Of a stretch of DNA of 64,000 nt, positions 1 through 9,596 are shown piece after piece; positions within the stretch are counted from its first letter, which is position 1, and every line of letters begins with the position of its first letter. The stretch covers positions 736,001-800,000 of the forward strand of contig CAWELD010000010.1 in the NCBI GenBank assembly GCA_963809895.1. Reading direction: 5' to 3'. The stretch comes from an uncultured Gemmatimonadales bacterium (lineage in GTDB: Bacteria > Gemmatimonadota > Gemmatimonadetes > Longimicrobiales > Gaopeijiaceae). The notes under the pieces were generated by a model. That model saw only the letters and a program-made list of their open reading frames with translations. It was not told the DNA's origin and did not search any database. The position numbers were made by a program, and so were the translations under genes.

Positions 1-172
1 CGCCGAGGGCCAGGCCGGCCGTCTGGTTGAGTCCGTCCGTCCCGCTCAGGTCGCCGGTAGGCAGGGTGGCTCCGAGGCGGCCCTCGATGGACCACTGGGC
101 CTGGGCCGGAGCGGGTGCCAGGACGCTGAGAGCGGCCAGGAGCGCGGGAACTGCGAAGGTCGTCTTCTTCAT
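1..172 (-). CDS. Secreted outer-membrane beta-barrel-like protein, 5' part only (runs off the window edge)
   Basis: Not in the ORF track. Read by hand: GAAGGAGG RBS, then MKKTTFAVPALLAALSVLAPAPAQA|QWSIEGRLGATLPTGDL... Signal peptide ends AQA; amphipathic strand plus PTGD motif typical of small OM barrels. Confidence 0.65.
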   Translation of the reverse strand, partial: MKKTTFAVPALLAALSVLAPAPAQAQWSIEGRLGATLPTGDLSGTDGLNQTAGLALG

Positions 173-269
173 GTTCATCCTCCTTCGAAAACGAAAGTGG
201 CGGCCGCGTAACTACCGCGAAGACCGTCACTTACGAATTGTGTGCATCCGCGTTTGTCCCGACGAGTCA

Positions 270-285
270 TGCAGGGCTCGTGCCA
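270..285 (-). promoter_or_regulatory. sigma54 -24/-12 promoter facing the left-edge gene
   Basis: Minus strand TGGCACGAGCCCTGCA (GG-N10-GC). Confidence 0.65.
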
Positions 286-305
286 GGTCGTGCCCATGGG
301 ACCGC

Positions 306-321
306 TGGCACAGGCGTTGCA
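306..321 (+). promoter_or_regulatory. sigma54 -24/-12 promoter for the lipoprotein gene
   Basis: TGGCACAGGCGTTGCA, a match to TGGCAC-N5-TTGCA. Confidence 0.75.
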
Positions 322-406
322 CGTGTCTTCTGCTGCGACCGCGGTCCGCCTCGCTCTGGCGCGGCGAATCGCGACCCTCCCCGCACTCCAGATGGAGGAC
401 ACGATC

Positions 407-1084
407 ATGCGTAACGCCCATCGACTCGGTGGACCCGCCATAGCTGCGACTCTCGCGTTCACCGTGGCCCTCTTCGGGTGCAGCACCGGCGAATCCAGGA
501 ACGCCCCGGAAGGCGAGCAAATGGAGAGCGCCGCCCAGGATGCGGTGGAAGCGCCCGCCCCGGTGGTTCCCGCCGGAACGTCCATGACCTTCAACGTGGA
601 CCGCACGGTGAGCACCGACGACGCCTCACCGGGTGACACCTTCACGGCGACGCTCACCTCCGACATCCTGGGCTCGGACGGCTCGGTGCTCGTTCCGGCG
701 GGCTCCCAGTCGCGCTGGACGGTCACCCAGGCCACGTCCAACGGTGGCGAGGACAATCAGGCGTTGCTGGCCTTCAAGCTCGAATCGGTGCACGTGAACG
801 GTGAGTGGGTGCCCGTCCAGGCCGAGGTGACGAACACCGACATCCAGGCGTCGGCGCAGGACAGCAAGACCGAGAGTGCCGCGAAGGTCGCTGTGGGCGC
901 GGCGGCCGGCGCCATCATCGGACAGATCATCGGCAAGGACACCGAGTCGACCCTCAAGGGTGCGGGCGTCGGCGCAGCGGTGGGTACCGTGGTGGCGCTC
1001 ACCACCCGTGGTGGCAAGGCGACCCTGCCCGAAGGCTCGACCATCACGGTCCGCCTCGACGAGGGGCTGACCGTACCCTCGTGA
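407..1084 (+). CDS. Lipoprotein with glycine-zipper C-terminal region
   Basis: GGAGG RBS; lipobox LFGC; VPAGT beta domain; GAAAGAIIGQIIG...GAGVGAAVG glycine zipper. Confidence 0.8.
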   Translation: MRNAHRLGGPAIAATLAFTVALFGCSTGESRNAPEGEQMESAAQDAVEAPAPVVPAGTSMTFNVDRTVSTDDASPGDTFTATLTSDILGSDGSVLVPAGSQSRWTVTQATSNGGEDNQALLAFKLESVHVNGEWVPVQAEVTNTDIQASAQDSKTESAAKVAVGAAAGAIIGQIIGKDTESTLKGAGVGAAVGTVVALTTRGGKATLPEGSTITVRLDEGLTVPS

Positions 1085-1109
1085 GTGCACCGTAGCGCGA
1101 ATTGTGCCG

Positions 1110-1140
1110 GGGCGTCCGGGGGTCTTTCCCGGGCGCCCTT
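1110..1140 (+). terminator. Probable intrinsic terminator hairpin
   Basis: GGGCGTCCGGG-GGTCTTT-CCCGGGCGCCC-TT after the lipoprotein stop codon. Confidence 0.55.
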
Positions 1141-1257
1141 CGCGCATTCCCGACCGGGCCGGCGACGAATCCCTTGCTTCGGCGACGGCGCCGGCCCGAG
1201 CTTCAAAGGAGTGGCAGGGCCTGCCACTCCACCTCTCCGGAAGGGAGACAGCTCGCC

Positions 1258-1419
1258 ATGAAGGGAATGCTCCGGTTTCTTGGAATGACCGTCGGCGGAT
1301 GGGCCGGATGGGCCCTCGGGAGCCGGGTTTCCATCTTCACCGCCTTCATGGTGAGCATGGTGGGCACCGGTGTGGGCCTGTACCTGACCCTTCGGTTCAC
1401 CCGCGACTTCCTGCCCTGA
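1258..1419 (+). CDS. Small 53-aa two-helix membrane protein
   Basis: GGGAGA RBS; MKGMLRFLGMTVGGWAGWALG...VSMVGTGVGLYL; Gly-rich hydrophobic; GC3-biased codons. Confidence 0.7.
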   Translation: MKGMLRFLGMTVGGWAGWALGSRVSIFTAFMVSMVGTGVGLYLTLRFTRDFLP

Positions 1420-1567
1420 GGTCTACGCTCCCGGCCTGTCCCGCGCCGGCCGCCCAACCCGCGAGGAGCGGCCGGCAGCGAGACACCTGCGGCGGTGGCC
1501 TCGTTCAGTCGTACAGCTTTGCCGCGCGATTCGGGTTCACGTTTCTCTACAGGGAGGAGCACCGCCG

Positions 1568-2869
1568 GTGCCCGACTCCGACGAGTCCCCTCCTTTTCTC
1601 GACTTCGGTTGGACCAGCCGACTCCTGTCCAGCGGTCGGGTCGCGGGGTCCGCGGCCCGGCTCGGGCTGCGGCGTCTCCTGGGTCGGGAAGGCGAGAAGG
1701 ATGCCGACATCGGTCGCGCGCTGGCGGGCGAGCTCGACCGCATGAAGGGGATGGCCATGAAGGTCGGCCAGATCCTGTCGTATTTCGACGGCATCCTGCC
1801 GCCCGAGACCCACCAGGCGCTGCGCTCGCTGCAGATCGGTGTGACCAGCATGCCCTTCGAGCGGGTCGAGGAGGTGATCCGGGAAGCCCTGGGCGCGTCG
1901 CCCGACGACCTGTTCGAGGACTTTTCGCGCACCGCCGCGGCGTCGGCGTCCATCGGGCAGGTGCACCGGGCCAGGTTCCAGGGGCGCGAGGTGGCGGTGA
2001 AGGTGCAGTATCCAGGGGTGGCCGCCTCCATCGCGTCGGACTTCGGACGATTGGGCATACTCGGTCGTCTGGCCGCCTTGGGCTCGGCGGTGGACGGCGC
2101 GGCCATCGTGGAGGAGCTCCGGGAGCGGGTCGGCGAGGAGTGTGACTACCTGGCCGAGGCGGTCGCGCAATGCAGCTTCCGCCGCGCCCTCGCCGATGTC
2201 GCCGAAGTGGTGGTGCCCGAGGTGGTGACGGCCCGCACCGCCCCCACGGTCTTTACGAGCGTCTGGCACGAAGGGCTGGACTTCTACGCCTTCGCCGAGC
2301 AGGCCACCCCCGAAGAACGGGACCGGGTGGCGCACGTCCTGATCCGCGTGGCCTACCGGTGCTTCTTTCGCATGGGCACCCTGAACGCCGATCCCCATCC
2401 GGGCAACTTCCTTTTTCGTGACGATGGACGCGTGGTGCTCCTCGACTTCGGATGCGTGCGACGGTTCGACGAGCGCTTCGTGGAAGGGGAGCGTCGGCTC
2501 GCGAGCGCGGTTCTGGCGGGGCGGCAAGACGCCTTCGAGGAGGAAGTGCGGCGCTCCGGGATTGTGACCGACGAACGGGGCTTCGACTTCGAGCTGCATT
2601 GGCGGATGCTCCGGCACCAGTACGCCCCTTACCTCGGGGGCGCGTTCACATTCTCGCCGGGCTACGTGCGCGAGGCCATGGAGTTCTCCGGACCGGGCAA
2701 TCCGAACATCCGCAGGCTTCGTTTTCCACCGCAGTGGATCTGGTTCCAGCGCCTGCAGTGGGGCATGCACGCCGTCCTGGCGCGTCTGGGTGCGCAGGGG
2801 GACTTCTCCGACGACCTCGGTGTCTCGCTGAAGGCACCCCTGGACCCCATGCCCATGGAGGGGTGTTGA
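1568..2869 (+). CDS. AarF/ABC1/UbiB-family atypical kinase
   Basis: MKVGQILS, AASASIGQVHRA, VAVKVQYPG, ADPHPGNF, LLDFG motifs. Confidence 0.92.
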   Translation: MPDSDESPPFLDFGWTSRLLSSGRVAGSAARLGLRRLLGREGEKDADIGRALAGELDRMKGMAMKVGQILSYFDGILPPETHQALRSLQIGVTSMPFERVEEVIREALGASPDDLFEDFSRTAAASASIGQVHRARFQGREVAVKVQYPGVAASIASDFGRLGILGRLAALGSAVDGAAIVEELRERVGEECDYLAEAVAQCSFRRALADVAEVVVPEVVTARTAPTVFTSVWHEGLDFYAFAEQATPEERDRVAHVLIRVAYRCFFRMGTLNADPHPGNFLFRDDGRVVLLDFGCVRRFDERFVEGERRLASAVLAGRQDAFEEEVRRSGIVTDERGFDFELHWRMLRHQYAPYLGGAFTFSPGYVREAMEFSGPGNPNIRRLRFPPQWIWFQRLQWGMHAVLARLGAQGDFSDDLGVSLKAPLDPMPMEGC

Positions 2870-2945
2870 AACGAAGCGCTTGCGAGGGGCACAGCGTACC
2901 GGGCAGGTTCGACGGGTGGTGAGCGGGGAGCCGGGAGGAAACACG

Positions 2946-3905
2946 ATGCATGACGAGCGTCTGGTATTCGTCTCCGAAGAGGAGGCGGGTCGCCTGTGGA
3001 AGAGGGCCGCGGAGCTCCAGGTCCGGGAATCGCGGAAGGTCGAGGAGCGCTCGCGCGATCTGCACACGCCGCCCGGTCCCTCGGGCTATCCGGTCGGTCA
3101 CCATCTTCCGCTGGACGAGGTGCTTCAGGCTGCCCGCGAAGTGGGGATCGACGAGGCGTGCCTCGAGGCCGCCCTCCAGGAGCTGCTGGAGGAGCGTGCT
3201 CAGGGCGGTCCCCCGGAACCGGACCTCATCGAGCGTTGGGCCGCGCGGTTCTTCGGGTCGCCTCCGCCGGCCCTCGAAGCCACCGCGGTGCTCGATGCCG
3301 GCGTGACCGAGGTCTACCGCATCCTGCAACTCCTGCTTCCCGCCGAGCCCTACGGCCTGCGGCTCCGGGGGATGATGGGTGAGAATCCCCTGAAAGACGG
3401 CGTGCTCGTCTTCGACGCGCCCGACCGTGACAGGGGCCCGAAGTCCTACGCCCGCAGCACCCTCATGGCCGACGACCGGGTCTCGCGGCTGTACATCACG
3501 CTCAGGCCCAGCGAGGGCTCCGAGGGCGAGCGCTGTCGCATCACCGTTCGCGCCCGCATCCAGTCGGATCCCGAGCCCGCGTTCTGGCTCGGGAGCCTGG
3601 TGACGCTCGGAGGCGCGGGGGTAGGCGGGGTGCTGGGGGCCGTGATCGGCGCGGGTGTCGGACTGGCGGTGCCGGTGGTGGCGTTGCCCACAGCGGCGCT
3701 GGCCCTCCTGGGAGGCGGCGTCACCTACACGGGGATCCGGGGGCGGTACCTGGAGCCGCTGATCCGGGGCCTGCGAGGCCTGGAGGAGCTCCTCGAGGTG
3801 GTGGGGGCAGCGGTCAAGACCCGCGGGGGCTTCCTGCCCCGGGAGGCCGGCGGGGGCACGGAGTCCCCGGCGTCCCATGCGAACATCCGGAGACGCGAGC
3901 CATGA
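2946..3905 (+). CDS. Hypothetical membrane protein
   Basis: GGAGG RBS; N-terminal 'EEEAGRLWKRAAELQ...LQAAREVGID' helical motif; Gly-rich C-terminal TM hairpin; ATGA overlap with next gene. Confidence 0.7.
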   Translation: MHDERLVFVSEEEAGRLWKRAAELQVRESRKVEERSRDLHTPPGPSGYPVGHHLPLDEVLQAAREVGIDEACLEAALQELLEERAQGGPPEPDLIERWAARFFGSPPPALEATAVLDAGVTEVYRILQLLLPAEPYGLRLRGMMGENPLKDGVLVFDAPDRDRGPKSYARSTLMADDRVSRLYITLRPSEGSEGERCRITVRARIQSDPEPAFWLGSLVTLGGAGVGGVLGAVIGAGVGLAVPVVALPTAALALLGGGVTYTGIRGRYLEPLIRGLRGLEELLEVVGAAVKTRGGFLPREAGGGTESPASHANIRRREP

Positions 3906-4390
3906 GTGAGAGCGAGTCGGCGGATCGGCACCTGCTGAGACACACCCTGGCCACCCTGGCCTACCGAGCCGAGAAGGTCCTGCGCGCGGTTCCACCGGGC
4001 TTTCCGGAGCTGAGCGTCGGGGCGGGTATCCGGACTCCCATCGAGATCCTCGCCCACGTGGGTGACCTGTTCGACTGGGCGGTGGGGCTGTTCGGCGGCG
4101 AGCACGTGTGGAACGACGCCAGTCCCCAGGACTGGGACGACGAGGTGGCGCGGTTCTTCGACGGCATGCAGCGGCTGGACGACCTCCTGGCCTCGGACCA
4201 GGCCATGGGATTCCCGCCCTCGAAGATCTTCCAGGGGCCGATCGCGGACGCGTTCACACACATCGGCCAACTCGCTCTCCTGCGCCGGCGCGCCGGAGCG
4301 CCGGTGCGGGGAGAGAATTACTTCAAGGCCGATATCGAGGTCGGCCGGATCGGGCGCGAGCAGGCGGAGCCCCGCTACGAGTTCGACTGA
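3902..4390 (+). CDS. DinB/YfiT-superfamily protein
   Basis: RTPxEILAH...DAFTHIGQLALLRR motif pattern. Confidence 0.75.
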   Translation: MSESESADRHLLRHTLATLAYRAEKVLRAVPPGFPELSVGAGIRTPIEILAHVGDLFDWAVGLFGGEHVWNDASPQDWDDEVARFFDGMQRLDDLLASDQAMGFPPSKIFQGPIADAFTHIGQLALLRRRAGAPVRGENYFKADIEVGRIGREQAEPRYEFD

Positions 4391-4409
4391 GTCGGCGGGG
4401 ACTGGTCTG

Positions 4410-7184
4410 CTACGCAGGGGCTCCCGCGCCGACCGCCTCGGCCTTCCTGGGTCGTGGCGCCAGGGCCCCACCCTTCGGGTCGGCCAGCGCCGCGTGGGCG
4501 GCGGCCAGGCGGGCGATGGGCACCCGGAAGGGTGAGCAGGACACGTAGTCCAGCCCGAGCCGGTGGCAGAGCGCGATGCTCCGGGGATCGCCCCCGTGCT
4601 CGCCGCAGATTCCCACCTCCAGCGTCGGGCGGGTTTCCCGTCCATCGTCCACCGACATGCGCATGAGCCGGCCGACCCCATCGGCATCCAGCGTGTGGAA
4701 CGGGTTGTCCTTGAGCAGGCCCTGACGCTGGTACTCCAGGAGGAATCCCGCCTCCGCGTCGTCACGGGAGATGCCGAAGGTCATCTGCGTGAGGTCGTTG
4801 GTGCCGAACGAGAAGAACTCGGCCACCTCGGCGATCTCCCGGGCGGTGAGCGCCGCCCTGGGTACCTCGATCATGGTACCGAAGCGGTAGGGGATCTCCA
4901 TGCCTTCTTCTCCGAGAACCTCCTGGGCTTCGGCTTCGAGCAACTCGCGCTGCCGACGCAACTCGTTCACGTGCGAGACCAGGGGGATCATCACTTCCGG
5001 CTGGACCTCCACGCCGTCACGGGCACAGGCGCACGCCGCCTTGAACACGGCCCGCACCTGCATGCGTGTGAGATTCGGCACGAGGTTGCCGAGTCGGACC
5101 CCGCGCGTGCCGAGCATGGGATTCTCCTCGCGGAGCTCCTCGACCCGCTCCAGGTAGCGCTGCTTCTCGCGGATCGCCTCCAGGAAGCCGTCCAGCTCGG
5201 TGAGCTCCTGGGCATGCTGAACCCGGATCTTCAGGTCGGTGAGGTCCCGGACGAGGTCGTCGTGCGGAGGCAGGAACTCGTGCAACGGAGGGTCGATGAG
5301 ACGGACGATGACGGGGAGCCCGTCCATGGCCCGGAAGAGGCCCTCGAAGTCTCCCCGTTGCAGGGGCAGGAGAGCCTGGATGGCCTCGTCCTGCTCCGAC
5401 GCGCTCTCGGCGAGGATCATTCTCCGGATCAACGGAAGGCGGTCCTCCTCGAAGAACATGTGCTCGGTCCGGCAGAGTCCGATTCCCTGGGCTCCGTATT
5501 CACGCGCTCGGCGGGCGTCCTGCGGATAGTCGGCGTTGGCGCGCACGCCGAGGCGCCGGAATCCGTCGGCCCAACTCAGGATCTCGAGGAGGTGGTGATC
5601 GTGCAGATCGGGCACCAGGGTGGGAAGGCCGCCGGCGTACACCTTGCCCGAGGTGCCGTCGATGGAGATCCAGTCCCGCTCGGAGATCTCGGGTCCTCCG
5701 GCGAAGCGCACCACGCGCTCGTCGAGGTCCAGCTCCATGGCCTCCACGCCGACCACGGCGGGCTTGCCGAACTGACGCGCCACCAGCGCGGCGTGGCTCG
5801 TGCGTCCGCCCCGGCTGGTGAGCAAGCCTTTGGCGGCCAACATTCCGTGAACGTCGTTGGGCTTGGTCTCGGGCCGCACCAGGATGACGTCCTTGCCCTC
5901 CTGGGCCCAACGCTGCGCGGTGTCGGCGTCCAGCGCCACGATCCCCACCGCGGCCCCGGGCGACACGTTGAGTCCCTGGGCGATGGCGCCGGCGTCACGG
6001 ACGGCCTTGGGGTCGAGCTGCGGGTGGAGGAAGGTGTCGACCTGCTCCGGCCGCACCCGACGCACGGCCTCCTCGCGGGTGATCAGGCCCTCGTGGACCA
6101 TGTCCACCGCGATGCGGACCTCGGCCTGCGCAGTGCGCTTCCCGTCACGGGTCTGGAGGATCCACAGCGCGCCCTCCTGAACCGTGAACTCGATGTCCTG
6201 CATGTTGCGGTAGTGCTGTTCGAGCGCGTGTGCGGTCTCGGACAACGCCGCATGCACCTCGGGCATCTCCCGGGCCAGGTCCTCGAGGCGCCGGGTCACC
6301 CGGTTGCCGGCGACGACGTCCTCACCCTGTGCGTTGGTCAGGTAGTCGCCCTCGAGCTGCGGCTCGCCCGTGGTCGCGTTGCGGGACATGCAGATCCCGG
6401 TGGCGGAATTCTCGCCCACGTTGCCGTAGACCATGGTCTGGATGTTGACCGCGGTCCCGAGATCGTCGGGAATGTCGGCGGCCTTGCGGTAGTCGCGTGC
6501 GCGCGGGCTGTTCCAGGACCGGAAGACCGCCTGAGTGGCCAGGCGGAGCTGCTCACGGGGGTCCTGGGGAAACTCGTGGCCGGTGTAGGACCGGACGATC
6601 TCCTTGAAGGTGCTGGTCACGTCGCGCCAGTCGTCGGCGCTCAGCTTCGTGTCGCTGTCGACACCGCGCGTCTTGCGACGGGCGGAGATGACAGCCTCGA
6701 AGACTTCGTCGGGAACCCCCAGCACCACGTCGCCGAACATGTGCACCAGGCGCCGATAGAGGTCGTAGACGAATCGGGGATCCCCGGTGCGCCCGACCGT
6801 GGCCTCGGCGATGGCGTCGTTCAGGCCCAGGTTGAGGACGGTGTCCATCATGCCGGGCATGGAGACGGCCGCGCCGGACCGGCACGAGAGCAGGAGCGGC
6901 TGCTCCGGGTCGCCGAAGCGGAGGCCCGTGGCCTCCTCCAGAGCGCCCACCGCCCCGAGCATCTCCTGCCAGACCTCTTCCGGGAGCCTACCCTCGCCCT
7001 CGAGAAAGCGCTTGCAGGCTTCGGTGCTGACGGTGAAGCCGGGAGGCACCGGAATGCCGAGCCGGGTCATCTCGGCCAGGTTGGCACCCTTGCCGCCGAG
7101 AAGGGCGCGCACGCCCGCGCGCTCGCCCCCGTTCCGGTGCTCGACCTCGTCCAGCTGGGAGAACAAGTAGACGAAGGCCGGCAT
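4410..7184 (-). CDS. ppdK: Pyruvate, phosphate dikinase
   Basis: LLGGKGANLAEM, RSGAAVSMPGMMDT, phospho-His motif GGRTSHAA, GIGLCRTEHMF, FSFGTNDLTQ, GICGEHGG. Confidence 0.97.
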   Translation of the reverse strand: MPAFVYLFSQLDEVEHRNGGERAGVRALLGGKGANLAEMTRLGIPVPPGFTVSTEACKRFLEGEGRLPEEVWQEMLGAVGALEEATGLRFGDPEQPLLLSCRSGAAVSMPGMMDTVLNLGLNDAIAEATVGRTGDPRFVYDLYRRLVHMFGDVVLGVPDEVFEAVISARRKTRGVDSDTKLSADDWRDVTSTFKEIVRSYTGHEFPQDPREQLRLATQAVFRSWNSPRARDYRKAADIPDDLGTAVNIQTMVYGNVGENSATGICMSRNATTGEPQLEGDYLTNAQGEDVVAGNRVTRRLEDLAREMPEVHAALSETAHALEQHYRNMQDIEFTVQEGALWILQTRDGKRTAQAEVRIAVDMVHEGLITREEAVRRVRPEQVDTFLHPQLDPKAVRDAGAIAQGLNVSPGAAVGIVALDADTAQRWAQEGKDVILVRPETKPNDVHGMLAAKGLLTSRGGRTSHAALVARQFGKPAVVGVEAMELDLDERVVRFAGGPEISERDWISIDGTSGKVYAGGLPTLVPDLHDHHLLEILSWADGFRRLGVRANADYPQDARRAREYGAQGIGLCRTEHMFFEEDRLPLIRRMILAESASEQDEAIQALLPLQRGDFEGLFRAMDGLPVIVRLIDPPLHEFLPPHDDLVRDLTDLKIRVQHAQELTELDGFLEAIREKQRYLERVEELREENPMLGTRGVRLGNLVPNLTRMQVRAVFKAACACARDGVEVQPEVMIPLVSHVNELRRQRELLEAEAQEVLGEEGMEIPYRFGTMIEVPRAALTAREIAEVAEFFSFGTNDLTQMTFGISRDDAEAGFLLEYQRQGLLKDNPFHTLDADGVGRLMRMSVDDGRETRPTLEVGICGEHGGDPRSIALCHRLGLDYVSCSPFRVPIARLAAAHAALADPKGGALAPRPRKAEAVGAGAPA

Positions 7185-7332
7185 GATCACCCTCCCGAGT
7201 GGTTGTAACGTCAGCTACTCCACGCTATCCCGGTGCGCCCGACACCTCTGTCGGGAGGATTCCCCCAGGGGTTGTCGGGACCCCTCGGCCCGTGACTTGC
7301 CCGGACCGGATTCACGTGGTCAGCTTTCCCGA

Positions 7333-8190
7333 ATGAGTGTCGAGCGATGCACGGTGCGTGCCTGGCCCGGTCCGGCGGCGTTCCTCGAGCGTGCGGGCCC
7401 CTGGCTCCTGCGGCGTGAGGCGGAGCACAACCTGCTCCTGGGGCTGGCCGCCCAGCCTCCACCCGTCAGCGACCCCCTCGAGCCCCATCTCTTCGCCACC
7501 ATCGAGCGCGGAGGTGAGGTGGTGGGCTGCGCCTTCCGGACTCCCCCCCACAAGGTCGGGCTGACCCGGATGCCGCTGGAGGCGATGGACGCCGTGGTGG
7601 CCCTCGTGGGCGAGCGGTACGCGTCGGTTCCCGCGGTGTTCGGGCCCGGCGAGGAGGTGCGGGCCTTCGCGTCGCGGTGGTCGACCGAACACGGTTGTAA
7701 CGCGCGGCCGGGCATGCGTCAGCGCATCCATGTGTTGCAGGCGCTCATCGCCCCCGCCCGCTCGACGTCGGGCCGGGTGCAGCCGGGCTCGGGGGCGCAC
7801 GCGGCCCTGGTCGCGTCGTGGATGGCAGCCTTCATGCAGGAGGCGAAGATCGACGGGGGAGACCCCGCGCTGCTCGCCGCACGCCTGCTGAGAGAAGACG
7901 CGCTGGTGCTGTGGTGCGATCCGGAGCCGCGCAGCATGGCCGCGATCTCGGGGCGCACGCCCCACGGCGCCCGTGTCGGATGGGTCTACACGCCGCCCGA
8001 GCACCGGGGACGCGGATACGCGAGCCATTGCGTGGCCGCGCTCAGCCGTACGTTGTTGGAGGACGGTTGCCGGCATCTCTTCCTCTACACCGACCTCGCC
8101 AATCCCACCTCCAACAGGATCTACGCCGCCCTCGGATACCGGCCGGTGGCGGACATCGAAGAGGTGGTCTTCGACGGTTCCGAGCCATGA
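7333..8190 (+). CDS. GNAT-family N-acetyltransferase
   Basis: VYTPPEHRGRGYAS acetyl-CoA motif; LYTDLANPTSNRIYAALGY. Confidence 0.9.
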   Translation: MSVERCTVRAWPGPAAFLERAGPWLLRREAEHNLLLGLAAQPPPVSDPLEPHLFATIERGGEVVGCAFRTPPHKVGLTRMPLEAMDAVVALVGERYASVPAVFGPGEEVRAFASRWSTEHGCNARPGMRQRIHVLQALIAPARSTSGRVQPGSGAHAALVASWMAAFMQEAKIDGGDPALLAARLLREDALVLWCDPEPRSMAAISGRTPHGARVGWVYTPPEHRGRGYASHCVAALSRTLLEDGCRHLFLYTDLANPTSNRIYAALGYRPVADIEEVVFDGSEP

Positions 8191-9050
8191 TCGATCGCAT
8201 CCTCGAGCAGTTCGCCCGCGAGCTCGACCGCTTCGTGGAGCTCCTGCCACGGCTGGTGGTGGCCGTCGTCGCGCTGGCATTCCTCACGGGCCTGGGCATT
8301 CTCGTGGCCCGGGGTGTGAGCCGCATCCTGGAGCGCACCCGGCGCGCAGGGACGTATCCGGCGGTCGCGCGCCGCGTGATCCGGTGGGTGTTCGTCCTGC
8401 TCGGGCTGGTGGCGGCCTTCCAGATCCTGGGCCTCACGGGGCTGGCGGCCAGCCTCCTGGCCACCGGCGGCATCGTGGCCGTGGTCTTCGGCTTCGCGTT
8501 CCGGGAGATCGGTGAGAACCTCCTGGCCGGCCTTTTTCTCGCCTTCGGCCGGTCCTTCGAGGTGGGCGACCTCATCGAGAGCGACGGTCTGCGAGGGGTG
8601 GTGCGCTCCATCGATCTGCGCCACGTGCACATTCGCACGGCCGACGGGTGCGACATCTTCATCCCCAGCGCCAGCATCTTCCGCAACCCCCTTCAGAACT
8701 TCACCCGCGACGGACTGCGCCGGGCCGACTTCCGCGTCGGGATCGACTACGGCGATGATCCGGCGCGAGCGCGTCAGGTCGTGCAGGACGCGGTTCGCGC
8801 CACGGCGGGTGTCCGCACCGAGCCGCCCGCGACGGTGGAGTTGGCGGGATTCACGTCCCAATACGTGGAGCTGGAAGCCCTCCTCTGGGTGGATGCCTGG
8901 GGCGACGCGCCCCTGGCCGGCGTTCGGTCACTGGCCATGGAATCCGCTCGCGACGCGCTCGCGCGAGAGGGCTTCACCTTCAGCTCCCAGGTGACAACCG
9001 CGTTGGACTTGCCTGAAATCCGTGTAAGACGCCCGGAAGAAATGTCTTGA
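8187..9050 (+). CDS. mscS: Small-conductance mechanosensitive channel (MscS family)
   Basis: TM helices, then [34 protein letters not shown] overlap. Confidence 0.88.
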   Translation: MIDRILEQFARELDRFVELLPRLVVAVVALAFLTGLGILVARGVSRILERTRRAGTYPAVARRVIRWVFVLLGLVAAFQILGLTGLAASLLATGGIVAVVFGFAFREIGENLLAGLFLAFGRSFEVGDLIESDGLRGVVRSIDLRHVHIRTADGCDIFIPSASIFRNPLQNFTRDGLRRADFRVGIDYGDDPARARQVVQDAVRATAGVRTEPPATVELAGFTSQYVELEALLWVDAWGDAPLAGVRSLAMESARDALAREGFTFSSQVTTALDLPEIRVRRPEEMS

Positions 9051-9199
9051 CCCTGAAAGGGCTCAGACGAAAGTTTTTCGGTGTTCGATCGATGACCCCG
9101 CACGGTGCGGGGCCCTGGCGCGGGGGGGCCGCGCGTGTACGGCGTCGTCGGATGGTGCAGGCAGCTCCTCCGACACGGCACCAGCATTGGAGCAGGCTG

Positions 9200-9409
9200 A
9201 TGCGTACCAGAGGGACCGTGAAGTGGTTCAACGACCAGAAGGGCTTCGGATTCATCACACCCGAGAACGGAGGTCGGGACTGCTTCGTGCACCACTCGGC
9301 GATCCAGGCGGAAGGCTTCCGCTCCCTCAGCGAGGGTGACACCGTCGAGTTCGACGTGACCGAAGGCACCAAGGGCCCTGCCGCGGAGAACGTGGTCAAG
9401 GTTACCTGA
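9200..9409 (+). CDS. cspA: Cold-shock protein
   Basis: [15 protein letters not shown] (RNP1), [10 protein letters not shown] (RNP2), KGPAAENV; the paralogue letter is not resolvable. Confidence 0.95.
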   Translation: MRTRGTVKWFNDQKGFGFITPENGGRDCFVHHSAIQAEGFRSLSEGDTVEFDVTEGTKGPAAENVVKVT

Positions 9410-9431
9410 CCGGGCTGGCAAGTCGCAGAAT

Positions 9432-9466
9432 GGAGGCCGTCCCGGGTGCGTCCCGGGGCGGCCTTC
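9432..9466 (+). terminator. Probable terminator hairpin after csp
   Basis: GGAGGCCGTCCCGGG-TGCGT-CCCGGGGCGGCCTTC. Confidence 0.55.
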
Positions 9467-9596
9467 GTGCGTGGGCACGGCAAGCCGCGCTTCCTGGACC
9501 GTGGCCTTGCGGGCCGACCGTCGGCGGCGCAGCATCGAAACAGCCTGTGGGTCTCGTTCGCACATTCCGCTATCCTGCCCGAACCGAGGAATCGTC

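Noticed and set aside
5130..5270. Helical insertion in the PPDK C-terminal domain
   Set aside because: This region is length-variable among PPDKs; all catalytic motifs are intact.
4563..7208. Long antisense ORFs opposite ppdK (also opposite dnaE, prlC, the M14 genes and wzc)
   Set aside because: Shadow ORFs expected from high GC3 codon bias; no motifs or RBS.
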